Positions 1 through 9,967 of a DNA stretch of 64,000 nucleotides are shown here, piece by piece. The position numbers and the translations under genes are program-made. The DNA is from an uncultured delta proteobacterium. Its GTDB lineage: Bacteria; Myxococcota; Myxococcia; Myxococcales; Myxococcaceae. Position 1 is the stretch's first letter, and the number at the start of each line of letters is the position of its first letter. The stretch is from the NCBI GenBank assembly GCA_963771175.1, contig CAVYSY010000040.1:160001-224000 (forward strand), written 5' to 3'. Under the pieces are notes generated by a model. That model was not told the DNA's origin, searched no databases, and worked only from the letters and a program-made list of their open reading frames with translations.

Positions 1-47
1 TTCAGGGCCTGGCGGTTACGCTTCTCTGCGGACTTGGTGTTGGCCAA
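1..47 (-). CDS. rpsT: 30S ribosomal protein S20, 5' end only (runs off the window)
   Basis: Reverse strand from TTG at 47 reads MANTKSAEKRNRQALK, the typical S20 N-terminus; GGAG SD upstream. Not in the ORF track. Confidence 0.9.
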   Translation of the reverse strand, partial: MANTKSAEKRNRQAL

Positions 48-160
48 GGTGATCTCCAACGTACGGCTGTGGAAAAGAGGCGCCGTACCTACTTCGGCGC
101 CTACCCAGCGTCAAGGCTTGCGTGATCCGTGCCACGGATCAGACGCACGGAACGTATCAA

Positions 161-1339
161 TCAACGGGCCCCGAAGGTGTATTCCCAGCGAAATCCGGAG
201 GGATCCCGGAAGGCGAGCCGGCCCGTTCCGCCCCCGCCCTCCAGGACGCACCCGGGCGAGGTGCGCTCCAGGGAGGTGCGCAGCCGTTCCACCGCCTCGG
301 CCGAGGGCGCACCGAAGGTGAGGGTGGCGGGGGAGGGGGTCGCCGGGCCCGGGGTGAAGACGAGCCGGTACAGCCCGTCCCCATAAGCCGCCTCGTCGGG
401 GGCCCCCCGCTCCGAGCCCCAGCCGAGCAGCGGGGCCACCTTGTCCCAGAAGGCCCGCTGGGCGGAGAGGTCCGTCACCGGCAGGCGCAGGGCGATCAGC
501 GGGGCGCGGGGCACGCGGGTGGGAGGGGGCAGGGACTTCTCCACCGCCTTGGCCGCCAGCCAGTGGCGGTCCATGTGCTCCAGGGTGGCCTCCCCGAGAG
601 GAATGCCCTCGGCGCGCAGGGCGGATTCGATGTGCTGGAAGCGGGTGGTGAAGCGGCGGATGGCCATGCGCAGCGCGTCCTCGGCCGGCGTCTGGATGAA
701 GCGCGCGAGGTTGGCCAGGGAGAAGAGGACATCCCCCAGCTCGTGCTCCAGCTCGTCCCGGTTCCCCGAGGCGATGGCCTCGTCCAGCTCGCCCAGCTCC
801 TCGTACAGCTTGGCGCGCACCTCCTGGAGGCTCGGCCAGTCGAAGCCGATGCGGCTGGCCTTCTCCGTGAGCCGCTCGGCGCGCAGCAGCGACGGGGCGC
901 CCGTGGGCACGCCGTCGAGCACCGAGCCCTCTCGGCCCGTCTTCTTCTTGCGCTCCTCCGCCTTGAGCTTCGCCCAGTTGGCCAGCACCTGGGGGGTGCC
1001 ATCCACCTGCTTATCTCCGAAGACGTGGGGGTGGCGGCTGGTGAGCTTGTCGCTGATTGCCGCGGACACGTCCGCCATGGAGAACTCCCCCAGCTCCTCG
1101 GCGAGCCGGGCGTGGAAGACGATCTGGAAGAGCAGATCCCCCAGCTCCTCGCACAGCGGGCGCCACGGGCCTCCCTCGGCCACCCGATCCATCTCGTCGA
1201 GGACCTCGAAGGCCTCCTCGGTGAGGTAGGGCCGCAGCGAGCGCAGATCCTGCTCCCTGTCCCAAGGGCAGCCATCCTGGGCCCGCAGGCGGGCCATGAT
1301 TTTCACCAGCCTGTCCAATTGCTCCCCTGCTGCACTCAC
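161..1339 (-). CDS. mazG: Nucleoside triphosphate pyrophosphohydrolase MazG with a C-terminal VOC/glyoxalase-like extension
   Basis: GCPWDREQ, EEAFEV, EELGDLLFQIVFH, RHPHVFG and a second EELGEL..ELGDVLF repeat; GTG start at 1339 inferred within ORF 161..2035. Confidence 0.9.
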   Translation of the reverse strand: MSAAGEQLDRLVKIMARLRAQDGCPWDREQDLRSLRPYLTEEAFEVLDEMDRVAEGGPWRPLCEELGDLLFQIVFHARLAEELGEFSMADVSAAISDKLTSRHPHVFGDKQVDGTPQVLANWAKLKAEERKKKTGREGSVLDGVPTGAPSLLRAERLTEKASRIGFDWPSLQEVRAKLYEELGELDEAIASGNRDELEHELGDVLFSLANLARFIQTPAEDALRMAIRRFTTRFQHIESALRAEGIPLGEATLEHMDRHWLAAKAVEKSLPPPTRVPRAPLIALRLPVTDLSAQRAFWDKVAPLLGWGSERGAPDEAAYGDGLYRLVFTPGPATPSPATLTFGAPSAEAVERLRTSLERTSPGCVLEGGGGTGRLAFRDPSGFRWEYTFGAR

Positions 1340-1448
1340 GGTTCCTTCTCCTCTCCGAGCAAGCGGGCTTGAGCTACCACGGGGAAACCGCTGGAAGGAC
1401 ATGACAACTTCCGTGGGGGGTGCCCGTCGCCTATCATCGGGACCCTGA

Positions 1449-3668
1449 ATGTCGCGTTCCCCCCTCTTGCGCATCCTGTCGCTGCTGATGTGCCTCGCGC
1501 TGTGGACGCCCGTGGAGTGGGCGCACGCGCAGCCGAGGTCCTCGAAGCAGCAGAAGCAGAACCAGCCCCCCTCCAACTCCAAGGGGTATGACGACCCTTC
1601 GCTGCTGGATCCGGAGGAGATGGCCCAGCCGGTGGAGATGGAGGCCGACGACTCCGAGGAGCAGGTGGAGGAGGAGGACGCCGCGCCTCGTGGCCGAGGC
1701 AAGAAGGGCAAGGGCTCGTCGCGGGACGCCGAGGCCGAGGCGGAGCAACCGGCGGGCGTGGAGGAGACTCCTGTCCCCACCACTCCGGCCGCCGCGCAGC
1801 CGCCGGCCCCGGTGGTCCGTCCTCCCCCGCCGAACATCCTCACCCCGCGGGTGACCGACGCGGACCTGCAGAAGGTCTGGGACAAGTGGCAGAAGGCGGT
1901 GGCCGCGCTGGACATGGAGTCGGCGCGCAAGGCCCAGCAGGAGCTGCTGGACCTCAAGGACGACGTGGCGGCCCTGGACATGGAGTCGCTCAGCGTCGCC
2001 TTCATCCGGGCGGCCGAGGGCCGGCGCAAGGCCAACGACGAGGCGGGGGCGCTGCAGCTCGTGGAGCAGGCGGTGACGCTCTCGCCGAACCTGCCCTATG
2101 CGCGGCTCGCGCTCGCCGAGGCCTACATGCACCGCTCCGCTGGCGACGTGGGCCCCTACTTCCGCGAGGTGAAGGCCGCGCTCTCGGTGATGCTGGAGGA
2201 TCCGCGCTACCGGCGTCCGGTGATGGCGGACCTCGGGGCGGTGTTCCTGGTGGCGGTGCTGGCCACGGCGGCGGTGGTGGTGGGCGTGCTCTTCGCACGG
2301 CGGGTGCGCTTCTTCCTCCATGACTTCCACCACCTCTTCCCCAGGGCGGCGGCGAAGTGGCAGTCGGCGGCCCTGGCGGTGCTGCTGCTGATCGGCACGC
2401 CGATCGCGCTGCGGCTGGGCCTGGTGCCCGTGCTGCTCATCCTGCTGGCGTCGGTGGCCTTCTACCTCTCGGTGACGGAGCGGGCGGTGGCCGCGGTGTT
2501 GCTGGTGCTGGCGGCGATGGTGCCGTTCGCCGCCGGGAAGATCGCCCTGACCGCGAGCTTCGCCGGGACGGTGGCCGAGGACGTGTACGTGCTGGAGCGC
2601 GGTGGGCTCGCCGTGGAGCAGGTGGCGGACCGGGTGCGTGCGCGGCACGAGAAGAAGCAGGCCGGCTTCGCGGAGCTGTTCGCGCTCGGGCGCTTCGAGG
2701 CCCGTCGTGGCCAGATGCAGGAGGCCATCGCCCACTACAAGGCGGCGGCGGCCCTGCGGCCCGGGCATGCGGCGCTGATGACCAACCTCGGCAACGCGAT
2801 GCTGGCCACGGGCGACCAGGACGGCGCGGCGCGCATCTACGCCGAGGCCTCGGGCGCGGATCCCGGTCTGGCCGCTCCGGCCTTCAACCTGGCCGAGGTC
2901 TATCGCCGCCGGGCCACGGTGGCTCCGGACGAGTCGATTGGTGCGGAGAATCAGCGGGCGCGCGATGCGCTCGCCGCCGCGCAGCGCCTGGATGCGTCCC
3001 TGCTGATGTGGAAGCGTCCGCTGGATGAGCGCCTGCTGATGAACCGCCTGCTGATCAGCCCGCCGCTCACCGAGGCGGACCTGCCGGACACCGAGGATCC
3101 GGTGGCGGCGCAGCGGGTGGAGGCGCAGCTCTCGCGCCGGCTGCTCGGTGGCGGCTCGGCGGGGTCGGCCTGGATGCTGCCCGTGCTGGGCGCGCTGCTC
3201 GCCTTCGCGTGGGGCTTCGCTGGCAGAGCGATGAAGGCCTCGCGCGAGTGCGAGAAGTGCGGTCGTCCGGTGTGCCGGCGGTGCGACAAGGAGCTGGGCG
3301 TGGCGGCCAAGATGTGCGCCCAGTGCGTCAACGTCTTCTCCCGCAACAAGGGCGCGGTGGAGGCGCGCGTCCGGGCCCGCAAGCAGATCGAGATCGAGCG
3401 CCACCGTCAGTGGGAGGGGTACGTGTCGTACGCCTTCGGCGCGCTGGTGTCCGGCGCGGGCCACCTCTTCCACGGGCTGGCGGTGCGTGGTGCCCTCTAC
3501 GCCTTCCTCTTCCTCCTGGCGGTGTCCGGCGTGCTGCTGCGCTCCGGGGTGCTGCGCGCGCCGTATGGCGAGGTGCCGCTGTACCTCAAGCTGGCTCCGC
3601 TGCTGCTCCTCCTCATCCCCCTTCACCTTTTGACGTTGCGCGGGCTGTACCGCCGCCAGAACGAGTAG
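1449..3668 (+). CDS. Signal-peptide, multi-TM, TPR-repeat protein with a C-terminal Cys-rich zinc-finger-like motif
   Basis: Signal peptide (AHA-Q), TPR-like helices, hydrophobic TM blocks, CEKCGRPVCRRC..CAQC. Confidence 0.75.
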   Translation: MSRSPLLRILSLLMCLALWTPVEWAHAQPRSSKQQKQNQPPSNSKGYDDPSLLDPEEMAQPVEMEADDSEEQVEEEDAAPRGRGKKGKGSSRDAEAEAEQPAGVEETPVPTTPAAAQPPAPVVRPPPPNILTPRVTDADLQKVWDKWQKAVAALDMESARKAQQELLDLKDDVAALDMESLSVAFIRAAEGRRKANDEAGALQLVEQAVTLSPNLPYARLALAEAYMHRSAGDVGPYFREVKAALSVMLEDPRYRRPVMADLGAVFLVAVLATAAVVVGVLFARRVRFFLHDFHHLFPRAAAKWQSAALAVLLLIGTPIALRLGLVPVLLILLASVAFYLSVTERAVAAVLLVLAAMVPFAAGKIALTASFAGTVAEDVYVLERGGLAVEQVADRVRARHEKKQAGFAELFALGRFEARRGQMQEAIAHYKAAAALRPGHAALMTNLGNAMLATGDQDGAARIYAEASGADPGLAAPAFNLAEVYRRRATVAPDESIGAENQRARDALAAAQRLDASLLMWKRPLDERLLMNRLLISPPLTEADLPDTEDPVAAQRVEAQLSRRLLGGGSAGSAWMLPVLGALLAFAWGFAGRAMKASRECEKCGRPVCRRCDKELGVAAKMCAQCVNVFSRNKGAVEARVRARKQIEIERHRQWEGYVSYAFGALVSGAGHLFHGLAVRGALYAFLFLLAVSGVLLRSGVLRAPYGEVPLYLKLAPLLLLLIPLHLLTLRGLYRRQNE

Positions 3669-3680
3669 GTCGGAACGACG

Positions 3681-4865
3681 ATGGCCCTCTCGGGAACGCT
3701 CAAGGACTTCGGCATCGCGGACATCCTGCAGCTCATCGGGCAGCAGCAGAAGACCGGTGTGCTGTACCTCAAGAGCAAGGATCAGGACGTCCAGGTCTTC
3801 TTCCGGGACGGCAACATCGTCCGGGCCGAGAGCATCACCCGGAAGAAGAAGGACCTCCTCGGCAACATGCTGGTGCGGGCCGAGCTCATCACCGAGCAGC
3901 AGCTCGAGAGCGCGCTGGACGTGCAGAAGCGCACCCTCAAGCGGCTCGGCGACGTGCTCACCGCCAGCGGCGCCATCACCGCCGAGAAGCTCAAGCAGAT
4001 GATGCAGCTCCAGGTGACGGAGACCCTCTACGGGCTCTTCTCCTGGAAGGCGGGCACCTACGAGTTCAAGGTGGAGGAGGTCCCCGCGGACGGCGATCCC
4101 ATCACGCCGCTGCGTGCCGAGAGCGTGCTGATGGAAGGCTTCCGGATGGTGGACGAGTGGCCCCACGTCCGGAAGAAGATCTCCCACGCGGCGATGACCT
4201 TCGAGAGGTTGAAGGAGCTGCCCGCCCGGGTCGAGAAGGAGGACGACTTCGATGCCGCCTTCGACGACGCCTTCTCCGAGGCGAAGGAGGAGAAGAAGGA
4301 CGAGAACAAGGGCGACTTCAAGTCCATCGGCAACTCCGAGCGCCGCGTCTACGCGCTCGTCGCCCCCGGCCGCGACGTGCGCAAGCTGGTGGACCTGAGC
4401 TGCCTGGGCGAGTTCGAGACCTGCAAGGCGCTCGTCAACCTGCTCAACCTCGAATACATCCGCGGCATCCAGCCCTCGGGGCGGGCGGCCTCGGTGGGCG
4501 GGGCCGGCCTGCTCGTTCGGGTGGGCGGCATGGTGGCCCGCGGCGTGGTCACCATGATCGTGCTGGTCGCGCTGGGTTTCGTGGGCTCGCGCCTCAAGCC
4601 GGACACCTGGGACCTGGGAGACGAGTCGGCTTCCTCCTACGCGGATCCGGCGACCCAGCGACTTCTGTCGCGTGCGCAACAGGCCCGAATCGAGGCGGCG
4701 CTGGAGGTGTTCCGTCTGGAGAAGGGCGCTCTCCCCGAAGGCCTCGAGGCCCTGGTGGAGGGCGGGCTCCTCCAGCGCGAAGATCTGCGCTACCCCTGGC
4801 GGGACGATTACTATTATCGCCGTACGTCAGACCGGCAGTTCATCCTGCTACCTCCCCTGCGCTAG
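3681..4865 (+). CDS. DUF4388-family protein with an MshEN-like repeat, a TM helix and a GspG-like C-terminal domain
   Basis: MALSGTLKDFGIADILQLI..KTGVL (DUF4388 N-terminus); RLGDVL..GAIT..L...Q; TM helix; LEVFRLEKGALPEGLEALV..YPWRDDYYY. Confidence 0.75.
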   Translation: MALSGTLKDFGIADILQLIGQQQKTGVLYLKSKDQDVQVFFRDGNIVRAESITRKKKDLLGNMLVRAELITEQQLESALDVQKRTLKRLGDVLTASGAITAEKLKQMMQLQVTETLYGLFSWKAGTYEFKVEEVPADGDPITPLRAESVLMEGFRMVDEWPHVRKKISHAAMTFERLKELPARVEKEDDFDAAFDDAFSEAKEEKKDENKGDFKSIGNSERRVYALVAPGRDVRKLVDLSCLGEFETCKALVNLLNLEYIRGIQPSGRAASVGGAGLLVRVGGMVARGVVTMIVLVALGFVGSRLKPDTWDLGDESASSYADPATQRLLSRAQQARIEAALEVFRLEKGALPEGLEALVEGGLLQREDLRYPWRDDYYYRRTSDRQFILLPPLR

Positions 4866-4974
4866 GCGGGCTGCTTGCTTCCACCTTTCGCTGGCAGCGG
4901 GGGGACGTTAGCTTGAAGTGCGAGGTCGATTTTCGACCTGGAACCCGCCCCGAGGAACTGAGGGATTGGACGAA

Positions 4975-6057
4975 TTGCGAAACTCCGCCACTGTAGAGGC
5001 CCCCGCAGTCAGCCCCACCTCCGCCAAGGTGGATGTCCGCGATAACGCGACGACCCTGGCGTTGTGTGGCAACCAGAACGAAAACCTCAAGCTCATGGAG
5101 CGGCGCCTCGGTATCCGGGTCGGACAGCGGGGGACCGAGCTCCACCTGTCCGGGCCCTCTGACGCCGTGGCGTTCGCGGTGCGGCTGGTGGAGAACCTCG
5201 AGGAGGTCATCCGCGCCGGTCGACCCGTCTACCGCGAGGACGTCGAGCAGGCCATCAAGGTGCTCGGCCGCGGCGGCGCCGAGTCCCTCCAGGAGGTCAT
5301 GCTCGGCCCCGTGCTCAAGAGCTCGGGCAACAAGCAGATCGCCCCCAAGAGCATCGCGCAGAAGCGGTACGTGGACGCCATCCGCGCCCACGACATCGTC
5401 TTCGGCATCGGTCCCGCCGGGACGGGCAAGACGTACCTCGCCATGGCCATGGCGGTGTCCTTCCTGCAGGAGCGCAAGGTCAAGCGCATCGTCCTGGCGC
5501 GCCCCGCGGTGGAGGCCGGCGAGAAGCTGGGCTTCCTCCCGGGTGATCTGGCCGAGAAGGTCAACCCCTACCTGCGCCCGCTCTACGACGCCCTGCACGA
5601 CATGATGGCCGTCGATCGCGCCAACGGCCTCATCGAGCAGGGCGTGGTGGAGGTGGCCCCGCTGGCCTTCATGCGCGGCCGCACGCTCAACGACTCCTTC
5701 GTCATCCTCGACGAGGCGCAGAACACCACCGTCGAGCAGATGAAGATGTTCCTCACCCGTCTGGGCTACAACAGCAAGGCGGTCATCACCGGCGACGTGA
5801 CGCAGGTGGATCTGCCGACCGGCAAGACGAGCGGCCTGCACCACGCCCGCTCCATCCTCAAGAACGTGGAGGGCATCAACATCTCCGAGTTCACCGAGGT
5901 GGACGTGGTCCGCCACCCGCTGGTGCAGGAGGTGATCCGCGCCTACGACCGCTACGACGCGGCCCAGCAGGCGGCCAAGGCCCTCAAGGAGGCCGAGGCG
6001 GCTTCGGCCTCCCCGACTCCGGAGCAGCGGCCGGCCTCGGACACGTCGACCTCCTGA
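4975..6057 (+). CDS. phoH: PhoH-family ATPase (YbeZ-like)
   Basis: [49 protein letters not shown] start inferred. Confidence 0.93.
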   Translation: MRNSATVEAPAVSPTSAKVDVRDNATTLALCGNQNENLKLMERRLGIRVGQRGTELHLSGPSDAVAFAVRLVENLEEVIRAGRPVYREDVEQAIKVLGRGGAESLQEVMLGPVLKSSGNKQIAPKSIAQKRYVDAIRAHDIVFGIGPAGTGKTYLAMAMAVSFLQERKVKRIVLARPAVEAGEKLGFLPGDLAEKVNPYLRPLYDALHDMMAVDRANGLIEQGVVEVAPLAFMRGRTLNDSFVILDEAQNTTVEQMKMFLTRLGYNSKAVITGDVTQVDLPTGKTSGLHHARSILKNVEGINISEFTEVDVVRHPLVQEVIRAYDRYDAAQQAAKALKEAEAASASPTPEQRPASDTSTS

Positions 6058-6163
6058 AGTCAATGACTTAGGGACCGAGCAGACGCCTGGGGGCGGTGGG
6101 AAGAATTCCGCCGCCCTCCGTGCTTGAAGTACCCGTCACGCCTCCCATAGGTTGAGCCACCTC

Positions 6164-8647
6164 ATGACCGAACCGGACCCGTCGCTCCCCGGACCCAGTC
6201 CGCTGGACGCACTCGCCCGCCGCTTCCGGCTCGGTCCCCGGTCGGGCCGGCGCCTGACCAGCCTGCTGCTGTTGACGGTCGTCTCCGTCGCGGCGGGCTT
6301 CGTCATCTCCCCGGGCCTCTTCAGCCAGCAGATTCCGGCCCTTACCGAGGAGCACCTGGGCAAGCCCTTCCGGGCGAGCTCGCCGACGGGTTTCAAGGCG
6401 GGGCGGGACTACGAGATCATCCATCAGGCGATGACCGAGCAGCGGCGCCAGGAGGCGCGCGGCGCGGTGCGGCCGGTGTACGACCTGAGCCCGGGGGTGG
6501 CGTCGGAGATTCGTGCCGTGACGAGCGGGGCCTTCGCGGAGATGCGCGAGCGCCTGGCGGCCAAGGACGCCGCCGAGGCGGCGGCGGAGGGAGTGAAGGC
6601 GCAGCAGGCGCGCAAGCCGGCCGCGTCGCCGGAGGAGCGCGAGCGCCAGCGCCGCGAGCTGGAAGCGCTGCGGGAGGACTTCCAGGTGCTCCTGTTCGGG
6701 CGCAAGGACTCGGCGATCGAGCCCGAGGACTTCCAGGCCCTGTACGCGGCGCGCTTCTCCGAGTCGGTGGAGGTGGCCACCCTGGTGCTGGTGGAGCGGG
6801 CGTACGGCTTCTCGGAGCCCGCGCCGGTGTACGTGGCGGGCTCGCGCGAGGAGCTGTCGCGCCAGGGGCCGCAGGGCATCACCGTGAGGGATCTGCGGCA
6901 CAACGGTGAGCAGATGCTGGCGGGGACGGCGCCCACGGTGGTGGACGTGCGCGAGGCGCACACGGAGCTGGACCGCTTCGCCTCCATTCCGGGCAACCTG
7001 CTGCCGGACTCGCCGGGTGTGCAGCGGCGGGCGGTGCTGCGGCTGGCCAAGCGGCTGGTGCGGCCCAACCTCACCATCAACCTGGCGGAGACGGACGCGC
7101 GGCGGCGCCATGCGGCGGAGGCGGTGAAGGACGCCGTCATCTCCATCAAGAAGGGCCAGCGGGTCATCGGCGATGGCGAGCTGGTCAACGAGACGCATCT
7201 GGTGGCCATCCGGGGCATGCGCGCGCAGACGGACCGGCTGGATCTGGTGCAGCTCCAGGTGGGCGGCACGGGGCTGGTGGCGCTGCTCATCTCGGCCACG
7301 TACCTCTTCTGTCGCGCGGCCTTCCGGCGCTTCCGGCCCACGCGCAAGGACGGCGTGCTGCTGGGCCTGCTGCTGGTGCTGATGCTGGGCTTGCTGCAGC
7401 TCTGGGTGTCCATCGCGGACGCGGTGCAGGACCGGTACGCGGCGCTGCCGCTGGAGGCCTTCTACTACGCCTTCCCGGTGGCGGCCGGGGCCATGCTGGT
7501 GCGCTTCGTCCTCTCCGAGGAGCTGGCGCTCTTCTCCGCGCTGGTGCTGTCGAGCCTCGTCGGGGTGATGCTGGGCAACTCGCTGTCCTTCGGCATCTAC
7601 GCGCTGGTGGGGGCGCTGGTGGCGGCGGACCGCATCACCAAGGCGAAGGACCGGGTGGGCATCTTCAAGGCGGGCCTGGCCACGGGCGCGGTCAACCTGG
7701 TGGCGGTGCTCTGCCTCTTCCTGGCCGAGGGCAAGGGGCTCACCGGCGACACGCTGCTCACGGCCCTGTTCGCCTTCGCGGGCACCTCGGTGGCGGTGCC
7801 GGTGATGGTGATGGCGCTCACGCCGCTCATCGAGTCCGTGTTCGGCTACGCGTCGGACCTGAAGCTGCTGGAGCTGGCCAACCTGAACCACCCGGCGCTC
7901 AAGGAGCTCATCGTCCAGGCTCCGGGCACCTACCACCACTCCATCATCATCGGCACGCTGGTGGAGAACGCGGCGGAGACGATTGGCGCCAACCCGCTGT
8001 TGGCGCGCTCGTGCGCGTACTACCACGACATCGGCAAGGGCCGGAATCCGCTCTACTTCGGTGAGAACCAGAAGGGCGAGAACAAGCACGACAGCCTCGC
8101 TCCGGCGATGAGCGCCGTCATCATCAAGCGCCACGTCACCGAGGGGCTGGAGATGGCGCGCCAGTACCGGCTGCCCAAGCTGGTGGCGGACGCCATTCCC
8201 CAGCACCACGGCACGCGGCTGGTGGGGTACTTCTTCCACAAGGCCGTCAAGGAGCAGGAGGGCAAGGAAGGCGCTCCGCCCATCGACGAGAGCATCTACC
8301 GCTACCCGGGCCCCAAGCCGCAGTTCCGCGAGGCGGCGCTGGTGATGATCGCCGACGCGGTGGAGGCCTCGACGCGCTCGCTGCCCGAGCCCACCACGGT
8401 GCGGCTGCAGGCCCAGGTGCAGAAGATGATCAACCTCATCTTCTCCGAGGGGCAGCTCGATGAGTGTGACCTGACGCTGCGGGACTTGAATCTGATCGCG
8501 CAGTCCTTCCTGCACACGCTGGAGGGCATCTACCATGCGCGTCCGGAGTACCCGGCGGGCGCGCTGCTGGCGGGTCCGAAGGGGCCGGCGCTGTCGGTGG
8601 CGGGGACGAAACAGGACGGCGGTAAGGCGCGCCCGGCGGGCACTTGA
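6164..8647 (+). CDS. 7TM-HD (HDIG) membrane phosphohydrolase, PgpH-like
   Basis: TM helix, large extracytoplasmic domain, about 7 TM helices, then APGTYHHS, YHDIGK, QHHGT, ADAVEA; sits between phoH and ybeY. Confidence 0.88.
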   Translation: MTEPDPSLPGPSPLDALARRFRLGPRSGRRLTSLLLLTVVSVAAGFVISPGLFSQQIPALTEEHLGKPFRASSPTGFKAGRDYEIIHQAMTEQRRQEARGAVRPVYDLSPGVASEIRAVTSGAFAEMRERLAAKDAAEAAAEGVKAQQARKPAASPEERERQRRELEALREDFQVLLFGRKDSAIEPEDFQALYAARFSESVEVATLVLVERAYGFSEPAPVYVAGSREELSRQGPQGITVRDLRHNGEQMLAGTAPTVVDVREAHTELDRFASIPGNLLPDSPGVQRRAVLRLAKRLVRPNLTINLAETDARRRHAAEAVKDAVISIKKGQRVIGDGELVNETHLVAIRGMRAQTDRLDLVQLQVGGTGLVALLISATYLFCRAAFRRFRPTRKDGVLLGLLLVLMLGLLQLWVSIADAVQDRYAALPLEAFYYAFPVAAGAMLVRFVLSEELALFSALVLSSLVGVMLGNSLSFGIYALVGALVAADRITKAKDRVGIFKAGLATGAVNLVAVLCLFLAEGKGLTGDTLLTALFAFAGTSVAVPVMVMALTPLIESVFGYASDLKLLELANLNHPALKELIVQAPGTYHHSIIIGTLVENAAETIGANPLLARSCAYYHDIGKGRNPLYFGENQKGENKHDSLAPAMSAVIIKRHVTEGLEMARQYRLPKLVADAIPQHHGTRLVGYFFHKAVKEQEGKEGAPPIDESIYRYPGPKPQFREAALVMIADAVEASTRSLPEPTTVRLQAQVQKMINLIFSEGQLDECDLTLRDLNLIAQSFLHTLEGIYHARPEYPAGALLAGPKGPALSVAGTKQDGGKARPAGT

Positions 8648-8672
8648 GGCGCGAGGCCGGAGGAGGCCGAAC

Positions 8673-9518
8673 GTGAAGCTGCGCAAGGGCAAGATCATCC
8701 CGCGAGAGGATGGGAAGCGAATCGAGGAGTTCGTGGGTGCCGCGACGACGGGCACCGAGTCCATGTCGGTGGCGCGGATGTTGGCGCCGCCGGGCTGGAG
8801 CGAGCCGGCGCAGACGCCCGAGTTCGACGAGGTGGTCATCGTCCTCAAGGGCGAGCTGACGCTGGTGGTGGAGGGCCGGCGGCAGCGCGTGGGCGAAGGG
8901 GAGATGGGGCTGGTGCCTCAGGGCAAGCGGGTGGTGTACCGCAACGACGGGCAGGGGGCGTGTGACTACTACTCGGTCTGCGCGCCGGCCTTCCGGGTGG
9001 AGCTGGCGCACATCGAGGAGGCGTCCGAGGAGCCCGAGGCCAACCGGGTGACGGTGCAGGTGGCGCACCCGCAGGGCAAGCGCTTCGCGAAGCAGGTGAC
9101 GGAGCTGTCGGAGACGTTCCTGGAGAAGCTGGAGCTGACGGGCAGCGAGCTGTCCATCTCGCTGGTGGGAGACCACGCCATCCGCCGGCTCAACCGGATG
9201 TGGCGCAAGAAGGACAAGGCGACGGACGTGCTGAGCTTCCCGGCGGGGGACCTGCCGAAGGGCACGCCGGGGCCGAGGCAACTCGGGGACGTGGTCATCT
9301 CGCTGGACACGGCGAAGCGGCAGGCGAAGGAGTACGAGCGCACGCTGGAGGCCGAGGTGGCGCGCTACCTGGCGCACGGGCTGCTGCACCTGCTGGGCTA
9401 CGACCACGAGCGGCCGCGCGACGCGCAGAAGATGGCGCGCACGGAGGAGGCGCTGCTGGGCGAGAGCGGCATGGTGGGCGACGCGGTGGCCCCGCGGGCC
9501 CGCAAGCTCATGACCTGA
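8673..9518 (+). CDS. ybeY: rRNA maturation endoribonuclease YbeY with an N-terminal cupin domain
   Basis: TDVLSF, LGDVVIS, HGLLHLLGYDH; first ~110 aa cupin-like (PEFDEVVIVLKGEL); GGAGG SD before GTG. Confidence 0.88.
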   Translation: MKLRKGKIIPREDGKRIEEFVGAATTGTESMSVARMLAPPGWSEPAQTPEFDEVVIVLKGELTLVVEGRRQRVGEGEMGLVPQGKRVVYRNDGQGACDYYSVCAPAFRVELAHIEEASEEPEANRVTVQVAHPQGKRFAKQVTELSETFLEKLELTGSELSISLVGDHAIRRLNRMWRKKDKATDVLSFPAGDLPKGTPGPRQLGDVVISLDTAKRQAKEYERTLEAEVARYLAHGLLHLLGYDHERPRDAQKMARTEEALLGESGMVGDAVAPRARKLMT

Positions 9519-9542
9519 TGGAACTGGGGTGGGGGATGACCC

Positions 9543-9932
9543 TCACCCTGGTGACTCATCCTCCAGTTCCTGAGGGGACAGGGAGCGCACGAGCATCCAG
9601 ATGTCCTTGCGCTGGCGCGCGACGACGTGAGTCAGTCCGGCGACCTTCACCAGGACTCCCACCGTCGGCTGTGCCAGCGACTGCAACCAGCGCCGCGCCT
9701 CGTCCATGCTGGCGAACTCGTGCTCGACACGGATGACCTCGGTGGCCGGCCGGTCATACACCTGGAGTCGCTCCCGGAATTCGTCCAACTCCTCCCGGGC
9801 CTGGATGAAGTGGAGCGCCCTGGCGGCCAGCTCGATGTAGGCACTCTCCTTGGAGGAGGGCGGAAAGCCCTGCGCGACTTTCCCCAGGCACTCCAGAACC
9901 TTCTCGACATCGAAATCCACAGGGCTCTGCAT
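9543..9932 (-). CDS. Hypothetical protein, 129 aa
   Basis: Strong GGAGGTGG SD before ATG 9932; protein-like composition; opposite orientation to flanking core genes. Confidence 0.7.
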   Translation of the reverse strand: MQSPVDFDVEKVLECLGKVAQGFPPSSKESAYIELAARALHFIQAREELDEFRERLQVYDRPATEVIRVEHEFASMDEARRWLQSLAQPTVGVLVKVAGLTHVVARQRKDIWMLVRSLSPQELEDESPG

Positions 9933-9967
9933 AGCCACCTCCTTTGGTCTCTGTTGCAGTGCAGGGC

